Source of the DNA: Coraliomargaritaceae bacterium
GTDB lineage: Bacteria > Verrucomicrobiota > Verrucomicrobiia > Opitutales > Coraliomargaritaceae
Direction of reading: 5' to 3'
DNA length: 64,000 bases
Assembly: GCA_965656495.1 (NCBI GenBank)
Contig: CBFHKU010000005.1
Span: forward strand, 70,853-134,852
Shown here piece after piece: positions 18,727-28,176 of the stretch (its first letter is position 1; the number at the start of each line of letters is the position of its first letter). The position numbers and the translations under genes are program-made. The notes beneath the pieces were generated by a model, which was given only the letters and a program-made list of their open reading frames with translations, had not been told where the DNA came from and did no database searches.

Positions 18727-19994
18727 TGGAGGCGATGCCGGAGAACGATTTGGGATTGGAGTCTCACTTGTCCGTCAAGGTGATCGGTCTTGGCGGGGGC
18801 GGTTCCAATGTTTTGGCGGGGATCTCGACGGAGCGATTTCCGCAAGTGGAATACGCGGTGGTCAATACCGACGCGCAGGCACTGGCGCAGTCGCCCATTT
18901 CCAAGAAAGTGCTCTTGGGGCGCAGTGTGACGCGGGGGCTCGGCGCGGGGGGAGATCCTTCCATCGGGCACAAGGCGGTAGAAACGGACCGCGCCGTTTT
19001 GGAAGACCTGATCGCAGGGGCGGATCTATTAATTCTGGTAACCGGCCTCGGGGGCGGGACCGGGACCGTCGCGGCAGCGCTCATCGCGGAATTGGCGGCG
19101 AAGACGGACGCCTTGGTATTAACTTTTGCGACGCAGCCCTTTACCTTTGAAGGGTCGCGGCGGCGGGAGGTGGCGACCTCCGGCATGGCGGAATTGCGTG
19201 GTATGCTACACGGCCTCATTCCGGTTCCAAACGATCTCTTGCTCCAGGAGACCGATGAGAGCGAAACCGCGCTCTCGGCATTCGCGGTGGCGGATGAATG
19301 GATCGGTCGGGGGATTCACTCGATTTGTGCCCTCCTCTTTGAAACCGGAATTATCAATCAGGATTTCGGAGCCTTGCGCAACCTCCTGCAGGGGCGGGGC
19401 GGTAAAACCATCTTTGCGACGGGTGCCGCCACTGGCGGGGATTACATGCAAGACGCCCTCAGTGATCTGATGGACTGCCCCTTGTTGCACACCACCGAGC
19501 GCCCCAGTCGACTCGACCGCATTCTGGTGCACCTGACTGCCGGACCGGAAATGGGGCTCTCAAAAATGCAACAAGTGATGACTCAGATCAGCGCACAGTT
19601 TGAATCCACCGAGGAGATCATCTTTGGCGCGGTGATTGATCCGGCGCGCACGGAATCGCTGGAGATTTGCCTGATCGCAAAAGTTGAACTGGAATCGACC
19701 GGAAGTGCCGCTGAGGCGGGGGGCAATCAACGCGCGCGCGAACCGATGGAAATTGAAGGCGGCCTCGGTCTGGAAACCGCGATTGGTTCGGAAAAAGAAA
19801 AGCCCGCAGTTCACGAGTCGAAACTTTTAAAGAAGAAAAAGAAGGCAGAGACTGATCAGGATGAATTCCTTTTTGTCGACCTCGAGGCGCAACGCGGATA
19901 TTTTGATCAAACCGCTAAAAACCTCTACAATAATGAGGATTTGGATGTGCCGACCTATTTGCGGCGCGGAATAAAAATTAAACTCAAAGCCTGA
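18726..19994 (+). CDS. ftsZ: Cell division protein FtsZ (divergent)
   Basis: VIGLGGGGSN, NTDAQAL, GLGAGGDP, GLGGGTGT, PFTFEG, C-terminal DLDVPTYLR. Confidence 0.93.
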   Translation: MEAMPENDLGLESHLSVKVIGLGGGGSNVLAGISTERFPQVEYAVVNTDAQALAQSPISKKVLLGRSVTRGLGAGGDPSIGHKAVETDRAVLEDLIAGADLLILVTGLGGGTGTVAAALIAELAAKTDALVLTFATQPFTFEGSRRREVATSGMAELRGMLHGLIPVPNDLLLQETDESETALSAFAVADEWIGRGIHSICALLFETGIINQDFGALRNLLQGRGGKTIFATGAATGGDYMQDALSDLMDCPLLHTTERPSRLDRILVHLTAGPEMGLSKMQQVMTQISAQFESTEEIIFGAVIDPARTESLEICLIAKVELESTGSAAEAGGNQRAREPMEIEGGLGLETAIGSEKEKPAVHESKLLKKKKKAETDQDEFLFVDLEAQRGYFDQTAKNLYNNEDLDVPTYLRRGIKIKLKA

Positions 19995-20006
19995 GCGTGA
20001 TTCTAT

Positions 20007-20232
20007 GAGCCTCTGCTGCTCCGCTACTCTGCGTTTTTTATTTTAACGCGGAGGAGCGGAGGATCAGAGGATCTGTGTTATATAATTTAACGCGGAGGAG
20101 CGGAGGATCAGAGGATCTGTGTTATATAATTTAACGCGGAGGAGCGGAGGATCAGAGGATCTGTGCTATATAATTTAACGCTGAGGAGCAGAGGAGCGGA
20201 GGCTCTGTGTTATATAATTTAACTTAGAGGAG
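20007..20232. repeat. One inverted arm plus four tandem 44-bp units of a REP-like motif
   Basis: TTTAACGCGGAGGAGCGGAGGATCAGAGGATCTGTGTTATATAA (with variants) starts at 20042, 20086, 20130, 20174, partial at 20218. 20007-20035 is an imperfect reverse complement of the GC-rich part. Confidence 0.95.
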
Positions 20233-20240
20233 GCTGACAC

Positions 20241-20402
20241 ATTCGCGTGATTGGTGTGATTGGTAGTTTCCTATAATCTGCCCTAAGGCCAGCTTAGCTG
20301 GCGACCGCTGATAGGCGCTTATTTTCGCTTATCCTTAAAACAAAAATATTAGTGTTTATAAGCGAGGATGAGCGGTTCCCGGCTCTGCCGGGTTCATGGT
20401 TT
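20241..20402. repeat. Dispersed copy of the palindromic unit seen at 1-501
   Basis: Shares GGCCAGCTTAGCTGGCGACCGCT and TATTAGTGTTTATAAGCGAGGATGAGCGGTTCCCGGCTCTGCCGGGTTC, same orientation. Confidence 0.92.
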
Positions 20403-20533
20403 TATATATTGAACCACGAATGGACACGAATGGGGAAAGGGTTAATCGTTGATGGTTGTTAGTTGGGATCAGTCTTAATCTTATTCTTACTCTCAATAAG
20501 GAGGGACGTTGAATTAAGACATAGGTTGTATCT

Positions 20534-20597
20534 CGTGGAAGCGGCAATCCTGCCGCTTTTCTTGTTGCTGGAAAGCGACATGAGTGTCGTTTCTACG
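20534..20597. repeat. REP doublet (REPIN-like)
   Basis: CGTGGAAGCGGCAATCCTGCCGCTT and inverted AAGCGACATGAGTGTCGTTTCTACG: two short hairpins with outward GT(A/G)G tetranucleotides. Confidence 0.65.
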
Positions 20598-20666
20598 CTT
20601 CCAAGGTTCAACTAACAACTTCCAACCCCATAACCACTCCGCGGCCTTGGTGCCTCGGTGGTGAAT
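20587..20666. repeat. 80-bp dispersed repeat, copy 1 (copy 2 at 36901-36980)
   Basis: Colinear, 73/80 identical by eye. Confidence 0.9.
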
Positions 20667-20762
20667 CGAACCACGAATAGGTTAGGGGTGCGATGGTGGG
20701 AAGGCGTCGTCATTGGAGTGCTTACTGCTTGCCCGCTTGGGTGTGTTCTTTATTATACTTTC

Positions 20763-21419
20763 ATGCAAGGTATATGGACCACCGGTTTTGTGATTTTCAC
20801 GGTTGTATCTTCTCTGGCGGCGGGGAGTTGGTCGGAGCTGGATTTGCCCGGCGAGTTGAGGGCGAGCAATGCCGCGCTTGAAACAAGCATTCTGGAACGC
20901 GGGCGCGGGGTTGCATTGAAGGAGGGTGATGCTTTGCCGGAATTTGCTTTGGTGAATCAGGCGGGCGCGATCGTGCGCACGAGTGATTTGCGGGGTAAGG
21001 CATTTGTCCTGAATTTCATTTTCACCCGTTGCCAAGTGGCGCAGATGTGTCCCGCCTCGACGAGTCGGATGGCGGGTCTGCAACGCGAGGCGCCCGGAAA
21101 GGGTCTCCCGGATCTTCGTTTTGTCACCATCACCTTTGATCCCGGCTATGATACGCCGGCAGTTTTGCGCAGGTATGCGAAAACTTTCGGCATCGCAGAT
21201 CACAATTTTGACCTCCTGACTTATCCGCGCGAGGGATTCATTGAAAGTCTCCTCTATCTCTTTGGGATTCTCACGCGGGAAGAAAACGACACCATCACGC
21301 ACAACAGCGTGACTTTCCTGATTGATGCCGAGGGTCGGGTTGCGCTCAAGCAACGCGGGCCCGATTGGAGCGCGGAGGAATTCATCGAAGCGGCACGCGC
21401 CCTTGCGGATGGGGCATAA
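20763..21419 (+). CDS. SCO1/SenC family copper chaperone / thioredoxin-fold protein
   Basis: LVNQAG, FIFTRCQVAQMCP, ITFDPGYDTP, conserved His (ITHN), FLIDAEG. Confidence 0.88.
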   Translation: MQGIWTTGFVIFTVVSSLAAGSWSELDLPGELRASNAALETSILERGRGVALKEGDALPEFALVNQAGAIVRTSDLRGKAFVLNFIFTRCQVAQMCPASTSRMAGLQREAPGKGLPDLRFVTITFDPGYDTPAVLRRYAKTFGIADHNFDLLTYPREGFIESLLYLFGILTREENDTITHNSVTFLIDAEGRVALKQRGPDWSAEEFIEAARALADGA

Positions 21420-21451
21420 AAAAGCGCCCCCACATTTACGTGGTGGCGCTT
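21418..21451 (-). terminator. Intrinsic terminator between convergent sco and fbaA
   Basis: AAGCGCC-C-CCAC...GTGG-T-GGCGCTT stem, with an A-run on the left that is a U-tract on the minus strand. Confidence 0.7.
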
Positions 21452-21483
21452 GAAATTGAATCAGCCTCGGTGGGCTTGAATGA

Positions 21484-22515
21484 CTAGACCGTGCCGTAAA
21501 TGGTCTTGCCGGTGGAGCATAGATCTTCGCATGCCTGTACGAGGCGTGCCGCCATGTTGGCTTCGGCTTTCTTCAGGTAGCTGCGGGGATCGTAGGTCTT
21601 TTTGTTGCCCACTTCACCGTCGATCTTGAGGACGCCCTCGATGTTTTCACCGATGTGGGTGACGATCGGTCGGGTGAAGGCGTATTGCGTGTCGGTGTCG
21701 ATGTTCATCTTGATGACACCGTAGTTGAGGGTTTCGCGGATATCGCTGAGTTCGGAACCGGAGCCCCCGTGGAAGACGAGATCCATGAAGGCTTCGTCGC
21801 CGTGTTTTTCGGTGACCGCTTTTTGGCCATCGCGCAGGATGGTGGGCTTGAGTTGAACCGCGCCGGGTTTGTAGGCACCGTGGACGTTGCCAAAGGTGGC
21901 GGCGAAGATGAAGCGGCCAATGGGCTGGAGTGCTTCGTAAACTTCGAGCATGTCCTCGGGGGTGGTGTAGAGTTTTTCGGCGGGCAGGCCGGAGGTGTCG
22001 TGCCCGTCTTCTTCACCGCCGACGCAGCCGGCTTCGACTTCGAGGATGATATTGAGCTCGGCGCATTCCTTGAGGAGGGTCTTGGAGAGCTCCAGATTTT
22101 CGTCAAGCGCTACGACCGATCCGTCAAACATGTGTGACTGGAAGAGGGGGCCTTTGCCCTCCGCGATACGTTTGCGGGAAGCCTCGAGCAGGGGCTTGAG
22201 GAAACTGTCAACCTTCTCGGGGTGGCAGTGGTCGGTGTGCAGGGCAACCAGAACGTCGTATTTCTCGGCGAGGGCGTGGGTCGCCTCCGCGAGTACCTGA
22301 GCGCCAAAGGCGGCGTCGCTGACATTGAGGCCCGAGGCAAATTGCCCGCCACCGGTAGAGACCTGAATAATGCCGTCAGACTTCGCATCGGCAAAGGCCT
22401 TGAGGGCGGCGTTGATGGTTGTGATGGAAGTGATGTTGACGGCCGGGTAGGCGTAGTTGCCCTTTTGGGCGGCGTCAATCATGGCTTCGTATTGTTTCGG
22501 CGTTGCTACTGGCAT
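21484..22515 (-). CDS. fbaA: Class II fructose-bisphosphate aldolase
   Basis: LHTDHC, SHMFDGS, GGEEDG, FGNVHGAYK, VFHGGSG, KMNIDTD, YDPR. Confidence 0.97.
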   Translation of the reverse strand: MPVATPKQYEAMIDAAQKGNYAYPAVNITSITTINAALKAFADAKSDGIIQVSTGGGQFASGLNVSDAAFGAQVLAEATHALAEKYDVLVALHTDHCHPEKVDSFLKPLLEASRKRIAEGKGPLFQSHMFDGSVVALDENLELSKTLLKECAELNIILEVEAGCVGGEEDGHDTSGLPAEKLYTTPEDMLEVYEALQPIGRFIFAATFGNVHGAYKPGAVQLKPTILRDGQKAVTEKHGDEAFMDLVFHGGSGSELSDIRETLNYGVIKMNIDTDTQYAFTRPIVTHIGENIEGVLKIDGEVGNKKTYDPRSYLKKAEANMAARLVQACEDLCSTGKTIYGTV

Positions 22516-22621
22516 GTGCTAATTCTTGTTTGTGTGAATTGATTGTAGGTGAAAATAATTGAAATCAGTTTATAGAGTGGCGGGCTGGGCTGACAAACAT
22601 TTTTAAAAGATTAGGGGACTT

Positions 22622-23170
22622 TTATTTTTCGGTAGTTGATTCCGGCGGGTTTTCGTCGCGGCCCCAGAGCCAAAGCAGGTCGCTGAGGCGGTTGAGGTAT
22701 TGGATGAGGACATCGCGGACGCTCGCGCCGGATTCGCGCAATGCGATGAGGGCACGTTCGGCGCGCCGGCAAAGGGTGCGGGCGGAATCAAAGCAAGCTT
22801 CGGCGGGGGATTCGCCGGGGTGACGCCAACCATCGAAGCTTCCCATGCGGCGCTCGATGGTGTGGATATTCTCGGTGAGGCGTTCCACCATTTCCGGTTG
22901 GATTGCCTGTGCGGCGTATTTCTCGAGGTAGCGTTCCTGATGGCTGTTTTCGCAGGCGAGTTCGCCCATGAAATGAATGAGTTCCTTTTGGATCTGCAGG
23001 AGGCTGGGCCGCACCGCATCTTGTTTGGTGAAGGCGCGGCAAAGCCCGAGGGCTGCCCCGAGTTCATCAATCTGACCGTTGGTCATGATGCGCGGGTGCG
23101 TCTTGGGAACGCGCTTGCCGAATAGGAGGGCGGTGGTGCCGTCGTCCCCGGTTTTGGTTGCGATAGACAT
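22622..23170 (-). CDS. pduO: PduO-type cob(I)alamin adenosyltransferase
   Basis: SIATKTGDDGTT, ARTLCRRAER, YLNRLSD. Confidence 0.93.
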   Translation of the reverse strand: MSIATKTGDDGTTALLFGKRVPKTHPRIMTNGQIDELGAALGLCRAFTKQDAVRPSLLQIQKELIHFMGELACENSHQERYLEKYAAQAIQPEMVERLTENIHTIERRMGSFDGWRHPGESPAEACFDSARTLCRRAERALIALRESGASVRDVLIQYLNRLSDLLWLWGRDENPPESTTEK

Positions 23171-23227
23171 CCTTCCAACAAAGCAGGTTTACCCGCTTTT
23201 TAAAGTAAAAGCGCAGGTTTCTTTGGA

Positions 23228-25417
23228 TCAGCCGACTTTTTCAAGGCTTTCCCCGGCGAGGAGGAGATCCAGGATCTCGATCGCGGAATCCGGGATGACG
23301 GTGCCGGGACCGAAGATCGCCTTCGCGCCCTTCGCTTTAAGGAAGTCGTAGTCTTGACTCGGGATGACGCCGCCGCAGACCACCATTATATCCGGACGTC
23401 CAAGCGCGTTCAATTCCGCCATCAATTCCGGCAGGAGGGTCTTGTGTCCGGCGGCGAGGGAGGACATCGCGACGACATGGCAGTCGTTTTCGACCGCTTG
23501 GCGGGCAGTTTCGGCGGGCGTTTGGAAGAGGGGGCCGATGTCGACATCGTAGCCGAGGTCGGCGTACCCGGTGGCGACCACTTTGGCGCCTCGGTCGTGA
23601 CCGTCCTGACCCATCTTGGCGATCAGGATACGCGGACGGCGGCCCTCGCGGGTTTCAAAGGTTTCTATTTTTTCTTTAATGGTATTCATCTTGGAACTGT
23701 TTCCGAATTCGCTGGCGTAGATGCCGGAAATGGAGCGGATATTGGCTTGATACCGACCAACAACCGATTCGATTGCAGTGGAGATTTCGCCAAGGGTGGC
23801 ACGTTTGGCAGCGGCCTCGACCGCAAGTTCGAGGAGATTGCCCTGACCGGAGGCTGCGGCTTCGCTGATCGCGAGGAGGGCTTTTTCAACGGCGAGGTTG
23901 TCGCGCTTCGCCTTGAGGTTTTTGAGGCGGGCGATTTGTGATTCGCGCACCGCGGAGTTGTCCACTTCGAGAATTTCAAGCGGTTCTTCTTTTTCGAGAC
24001 GGTGTTTGTTGAGCCCGACGATGGTTTCCTGGCCGGAGTCAATGCGAGCTTGCCGGCGGGCGGCGGCTTCCTCGATGCGGAGTTTTGGGATGCCCGCCTC
24101 GATTGCCTTGGTCATGCCGCCGTGTTGTTCGCACTCTTCAATGTGCGCCCAGGCTTTGTGCATGAGTTCATGGGTGAGGGACTCGACGTAATAACTGCCC
24201 GCCCAGGGGTCGATGAAGCGGGTCATTCCGGTCTCGTGCTGGATATAGAGCTGGGTATTGCGTGCGATGCGTGCCGAGAAATCGGTGGGCAGGGCGATGG
24301 CCTCGTCGAGGGCGTTGGTGTGGAGGGATTGGGTGTGTCCACAGGCGGCGGCGAAGGCCTCGATGCAGGTGCGGGTGACGTTGTTGAATGGATCCTGCTC
24401 GGTGAGCGACCAGCCGGAGGTTTGGGAGTGAGTCCGCAGCGCCAGCGACTTGGGATTTTTCGGATCGAACTGCTTGACGATTTTTGCCCAGAGGCAACGG
24501 GCGGCGCGCATCTTGGCGATTTCCATGAAGAAATCCTTCCCGATCGCCCAGAAGAAGGAGAGGCGTGGGGCGAAGGCGTCGATGTCGAGCCCGGCGTTAA
24601 TTCCGGTTCTCAGGTATTCGAGTCCATCGGCAAGGGTGTAACCCATTTCCAGGTCGGCGGTGGCACCGGCTTCCTGCATGTGGTAACCGGAGATGGAGAT
24701 GGAGTTGAACTTCGGCATCTTTTTTGAGGTATAGTCAAAGATGTCGCCAATAATGCGCATGGAGGGCTCGGGCGGGTAGATGTAGGTGTTCCTCACCATG
24801 AATTCCTTGAGGATGTCGTTTTGGATGGTGCCGGTCAGTTGCTCGTGCTTACAGCCCTGTTCGAGTCCCGCAAGAATGTAGAAGGCGAGAATCGGAATGA
24901 CGGCGCCGTTCATCGTCATCGAGACCGAGACTTTTGAAAGGTCGATTTGATCAAAGAGAATTTGCATGTCCTCAATCGAGTCGATTGCGACCCCGGCTTT
25001 CCCGACATCACTGAAGACGCGTGGATGGTCGGAGTCGTAGCCACGGTGGGTGGCGAGGTCGAAGGCGACCGAGAGCCCTTGTTGCCCGGCGGCGATGTTG
25101 CGGCGATAGAAGGCGTTGGATTCCTCGGCGGTTGAGAACCCGGCGTATTGCCGCACGGTCCAGGGCCGGAAGGCATACATGCTGGCGTAGGGGCCACGCA
25201 GATAGGGTTCGATGCCCGCGGTGAAATCGAGGTGTTCCATCCCGGCATAGTCCTTCGCGGTGTACAGTGGGCGCCGCTCAATTTGCTCAAGGGTGGGTTT
25301 GGCGATTTGCTCGGGAGTCATCCCGGTGGCGGACTCCAGTTGGGCGCGCCAGGTGGCCTCGTCGGCTCTTGGGATCGCTTCTTTGAATGGAATTTGCGTG
25401 AAGTCGGGTTTATTCAT
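23228..25417 (-). CDS. scpA: Methylmalonyl-CoA mutase, catalytic B12-binding subunit
   Basis: [40 protein letters not shown] (DxHxxG). Confidence 0.97.
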   Translation of the reverse strand: MNKPDFTQIPFKEAIPRADEATWRAQLESATGMTPEQIAKPTLEQIERRPLYTAKDYAGMEHLDFTAGIEPYLRGPYASMYAFRPWTVRQYAGFSTAEESNAFYRRNIAAGQQGLSVAFDLATHRGYDSDHPRVFSDVGKAGVAIDSIEDMQILFDQIDLSKVSVSMTMNGAVIPILAFYILAGLEQGCKHEQLTGTIQNDILKEFMVRNTYIYPPEPSMRIIGDIFDYTSKKMPKFNSISISGYHMQEAGATADLEMGYTLADGLEYLRTGINAGLDIDAFAPRLSFFWAIGKDFFMEIAKMRAARCLWAKIVKQFDPKNPKSLALRTHSQTSGWSLTEQDPFNNVTRTCIEAFAAACGHTQSLHTNALDEAIALPTDFSARIARNTQLYIQHETGMTRFIDPWAGSYYVESLTHELMHKAWAHIEECEQHGGMTKAIEAGIPKLRIEEAAARRQARIDSGQETIVGLNKHRLEKEEPLEILEVDNSAVRESQIARLKNLKAKRDNLAVEKALLAISEAAASGQGNLLELAVEAAAKRATLGEISTAIESVVGRYQANIRSISGIYASEFGNSSKMNTIKEKIETFETREGRRPRILIAKMGQDGHDRGAKVVATGYADLGYDVDIGPLFQTPAETARQAVENDCHVVAMSSLAAGHKTLLPELMAELNALGRPDIMVVCGGVIPSQDYDFLKAKGAKAIFGPGTVIPDSAIEILDLLLAGESLEKVG

Positions 25418-25456
25418 GGCGTTTTTGAAGCAGTTATTTGCAAATTGAATTGAGTG

Positions 25457-27592
25457 TTAGGCGATCCCAAGCTCGGCGAGATAGGCTTGGTTGACGGCGA
25501 GATGGTTGGACTTGATGTGAATGAAGTCATCCAACCCGGCGTCGCGGAAGGCTTGCTCCTGATCGCCGGGGAATCCCGCAAGCACGAGTTTGATCTCCGG
25601 ATGTACTAATTTGATGGCACGGGCGTAGTTCGTGAGATCTTCGGCGTAGTCGGCATCGTGACCGCAAATCACGACAATCGCGGCTTCGGTCTTTTCGATG
25701 GCGCTGAGGACATCGTCAGTGCTATGCAGCGGTGGTGAGGGCTCGATCTGAAACCCACCTGCCTTAAAGAAGGCGGTGGTGAATTCGCTACGAGCTTTGT
25801 GCCTTGGGAGATTGCCAAGGTTAAGGAGACCGATGATGGGCGACTTCCCACACCGGGCCTTGTAGTCGGCGACTTTGCGCAGGATGAGCTCGAAGGGTTC
25901 GGCGAGTCTTTTGTGCGGCAACGCTTCAATGGGGTGCTCGGGTTGAACCTCTGAGCGAACCGAGCGGCTGATTTCTCCGAGGGTCGCACCGGCGCGGGCT
26001 GCCTTGATGCATTCGCTAAAGACTGCGCGGTAGTCGGAGCAGGCTTTGTGTCCGAGGATTTCTGCCAGTCGCCGGATCGCTTCTGAGCTCCGCAGGGCGC
26101 GATGACGGTTGTATGTTTTGATGCGTTCAGCGAGGGCGGCTTCGGAGGTTGTTTTTTGATCGGGAGGGGGAACCTCTTGGGTACCGGGATAGAGGTTGGT
26201 ACCGACGAGGCCACGGCGGCGGTTTTGAAATTGCTTTTCTTTGAGCGAGGCTGTTTCGGCGAGGGATTGCTTGAGTGATCCCTTGCGCAGCGAGTTGAAG
26301 ATGCCGCCCTCCGCTTCGATTTCCTGAAAGCGAGTCCAGCTGCGTTCGGCAATTTTGCTGGTGAGCCATTCAACCGCCCAGGAACCGCCGGCAGGGTCGG
26401 CAACCTCGGTCAGTCCGCACTCCTCTTGAAGGATGATTTGCGAATTGCGGGCTATGCGCTGGCTGAATGGGTTGGGGGGGCGCAGGACTTCATCGAAATG
26501 CCCGACGCACATGCTATCGACCCCCGCAATCGCGGCGCTAAGTCCTTCGGTGCTGGTGCGCAGCATATTCACATAGGGGTCAATCTGTGTTTTATTGTAG
26601 AGACCGGTGCGGGCATGGAGTTTGATCTTTTGCGCCTCGTGATTCCCGCCATAGGCTTCGACAACCTGCGACCAGAGTACGCGCATCGCCCGGAATTTCG
26701 CGATCTCCATAAAAAAGTTGGAGCCAATCGTGAGGGTGAAGCGAATTTGTGGAGCGACTTCATTGATCGAAAGTCCGCGCCGCGTCATTTCATGAAGGTA
26801 GAGACTACCGCTTGCGAGCGCGGTTGCGAGTTCATCCACTGCGGAAGCTCCCGCCATATGGTAGGGCAGGGTGCTGACGCCGAGCGCCTGAAAGTGCGGC
26901 GCCTTGCGAATACAATAGTCGGCGAGGGCATATTGCTCATTAAAAAGCGCCTCCATATTGGTGGGGAGGCGGCCCAGACTCGCAAGGTCTGCCATCGGGT
27001 CAGCCGCAAAGCTGCCTTTGGCCTCTGCGGGATTATGCCCCGCCGCTTGTAACCAAGTGAAAAAAAGCGCAGCCAAGCCGAGGCCGGAGCAGCGGGTGCT
27101 CAGGTGCAGGGGAGTCTCGCTGGGATCAATACCCTTGAAAGCAGTGTCAAAGTCCTGACGGGTTGAGAGAGAGAGACCGCATAGTCCCACTTCGCCGGGA
27201 TGGGCGTCAGGTGGATCCATGCCGTTGAGGGTTGCCTGATCAAAGGTAATCCGGACGGCGTGTTGACCTCCATGGATGGCCTCATGAGCGGCGGCGTTAA
27301 ACGCCTCGGGCGAACCGACTGCGAGATCCTGCGCAATCTGCCATCCTTGCTTCGTTTTGCCGGCGATTTCGGTGCCTCGGAGGTAGCTGTCATAACCCGG
27401 CAGGGTCTGTGCCGCAGAGCAATCTTCCAAAACATCTTTCCAGAAAATAGATTCCAGTTCAATCCCCTCCGGAGTATTTTCCTTCATTAATTTATCGAAG
27501 GGTTTGCCCTTCAATAATTGCTCGGTCGCCTCGCGCCATTCGCTCGGGCTTGCCGGCTTGAATTCGTCTAGTAAACTCGGTTTTAGCTTCAT
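25457..27592 (-). CDS. mutA: Methylmalonyl-CoA mutase small (non-catalytic) subunit
   Basis: FFMEIAKFRA, DPYVNMLR, DPAGGSW; lacks DxHxxG (HKARSEF instead). Confidence 0.9.
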   Translation of the reverse strand: MKLKPSLLDEFKPASPSEWREATEQLLKGKPFDKLMKENTPEGIELESIFWKDVLEDCSAAQTLPGYDSYLRGTEIAGKTKQGWQIAQDLAVGSPEAFNAAAHEAIHGGQHAVRITFDQATLNGMDPPDAHPGEVGLCGLSLSTRQDFDTAFKGIDPSETPLHLSTRCSGLGLAALFFTWLQAAGHNPAEAKGSFAADPMADLASLGRLPTNMEALFNEQYALADYCIRKAPHFQALGVSTLPYHMAGASAVDELATALASGSLYLHEMTRRGLSINEVAPQIRFTLTIGSNFFMEIAKFRAMRVLWSQVVEAYGGNHEAQKIKLHARTGLYNKTQIDPYVNMLRTSTEGLSAAIAGVDSMCVGHFDEVLRPPNPFSQRIARNSQIILQEECGLTEVADPAGGSWAVEWLTSKIAERSWTRFQEIEAEGGIFNSLRKGSLKQSLAETASLKEKQFQNRRRGLVGTNLYPGTQEVPPPDQKTTSEAALAERIKTYNRHRALRSSEAIRRLAEILGHKACSDYRAVFSECIKAARAGATLGEISRSVRSEVQPEHPIEALPHKRLAEPFELILRKVADYKARCGKSPIIGLLNLGNLPRHKARSEFTTAFFKAGGFQIEPSPPLHSTDDVLSAIEKTEAAIVVICGHDADYAEDLTNYARAIKLVHPEIKLVLAGFPGDQEQAFRDAGLDDFIHIKSNHLAVNQAYLAELGIA

Positions 27593-27729
27593 TGGTAGTA
27601 TAATTTCTCCTGATTTGTGATAAAAAGTTATCAATTCCTCCGCCTAAGTCAATAAGTAAAATTAATACAAATTCGTATTGACTTAAGAAAAACTAATCTA
27701 AAGAATTACATCAGAAGGTAAAAAAATAC
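27593..27729. promoter_or_regulatory. AT-rich divergent promoter region with inverted repeats
   Basis: TAAGTCAATA (27645-27654) / TATTGACTTA (27676-27685) perfect inverted pair, each holding TTGACT; TGATAA-N4-TTATCA at 27618-27633. Confidence 0.6.
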
Positions 27730-28152
27730 ATGATTACAAAAATAGATCACATAGGGGTTGCAGTGCGTGACCTTGAGGTTTCAAAAAAATATTATCGGGA
27801 TGCGCTTGGTTTAAAGCTGTGTGGTGAGGAAACTGTTGAATCGCAACAGGTTAAGACTGCATTCTTCGAAGCCGGGGAAGTGCATCTGGAACTTTTGGAG
27901 GCGACCGGACCGGAAAGTCCCATTGCGAAGTTCATCGAAAAAAACGGAGAGGGGGTGCATCACATTGCATTTTATACAGATTCGATCGAAAGCCAATTAC
28001 AGGATATCGCCTCCAAAGGTTTACGATTAATTCACGAGCAACCGATCCAAGGTGCGGGCGGCAAAGCCGTCGCATTTTTACATCCCAAGTCAACACATGG
28101 GGTACTTACCGAGCTTTGCACCCAACTAAACGGAAAATCCGGAGTCCATTAA
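27730..28152 (+). CDS. mce: Methylmalonyl-CoA epimerase
   Basis: IDHIGVAV, LELLE, GEGVHHIAF, FLHPKSTHGVLTEL. Confidence 0.96.
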   Translation: MITKIDHIGVAVRDLEVSKKYYRDALGLKLCGEETVESQQVKTAFFEAGEVHLELLEATGPESPIAKFIEKNGEGVHHIAFYTDSIESQLQDIASKGLRLIHEQPIQGAGGKAVAFLHPKSTHGVLTELCTQLNGKSGVH

Positions 28153-28176
28153 ATTTCATCTACAACAGTAAAAAAC

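Noticed and set aside
20042..20232. CRISPR array
   Set aside because: The 44-bp units are contiguous and near-identical with no unique spacers, and there are no cas genes.
20425..20547. Small ORF 20356-20547 (-) and the GTG-start extension of sco from 20658
   Set aside because: Both are read through repeat motifs such as (TAAGAT)n, giving low-complexity RVRIRLRL.
27593..27729. Cobalamin riboswitch
   Set aside because: Region is short and very AT-rich, and no B12-box is visible.
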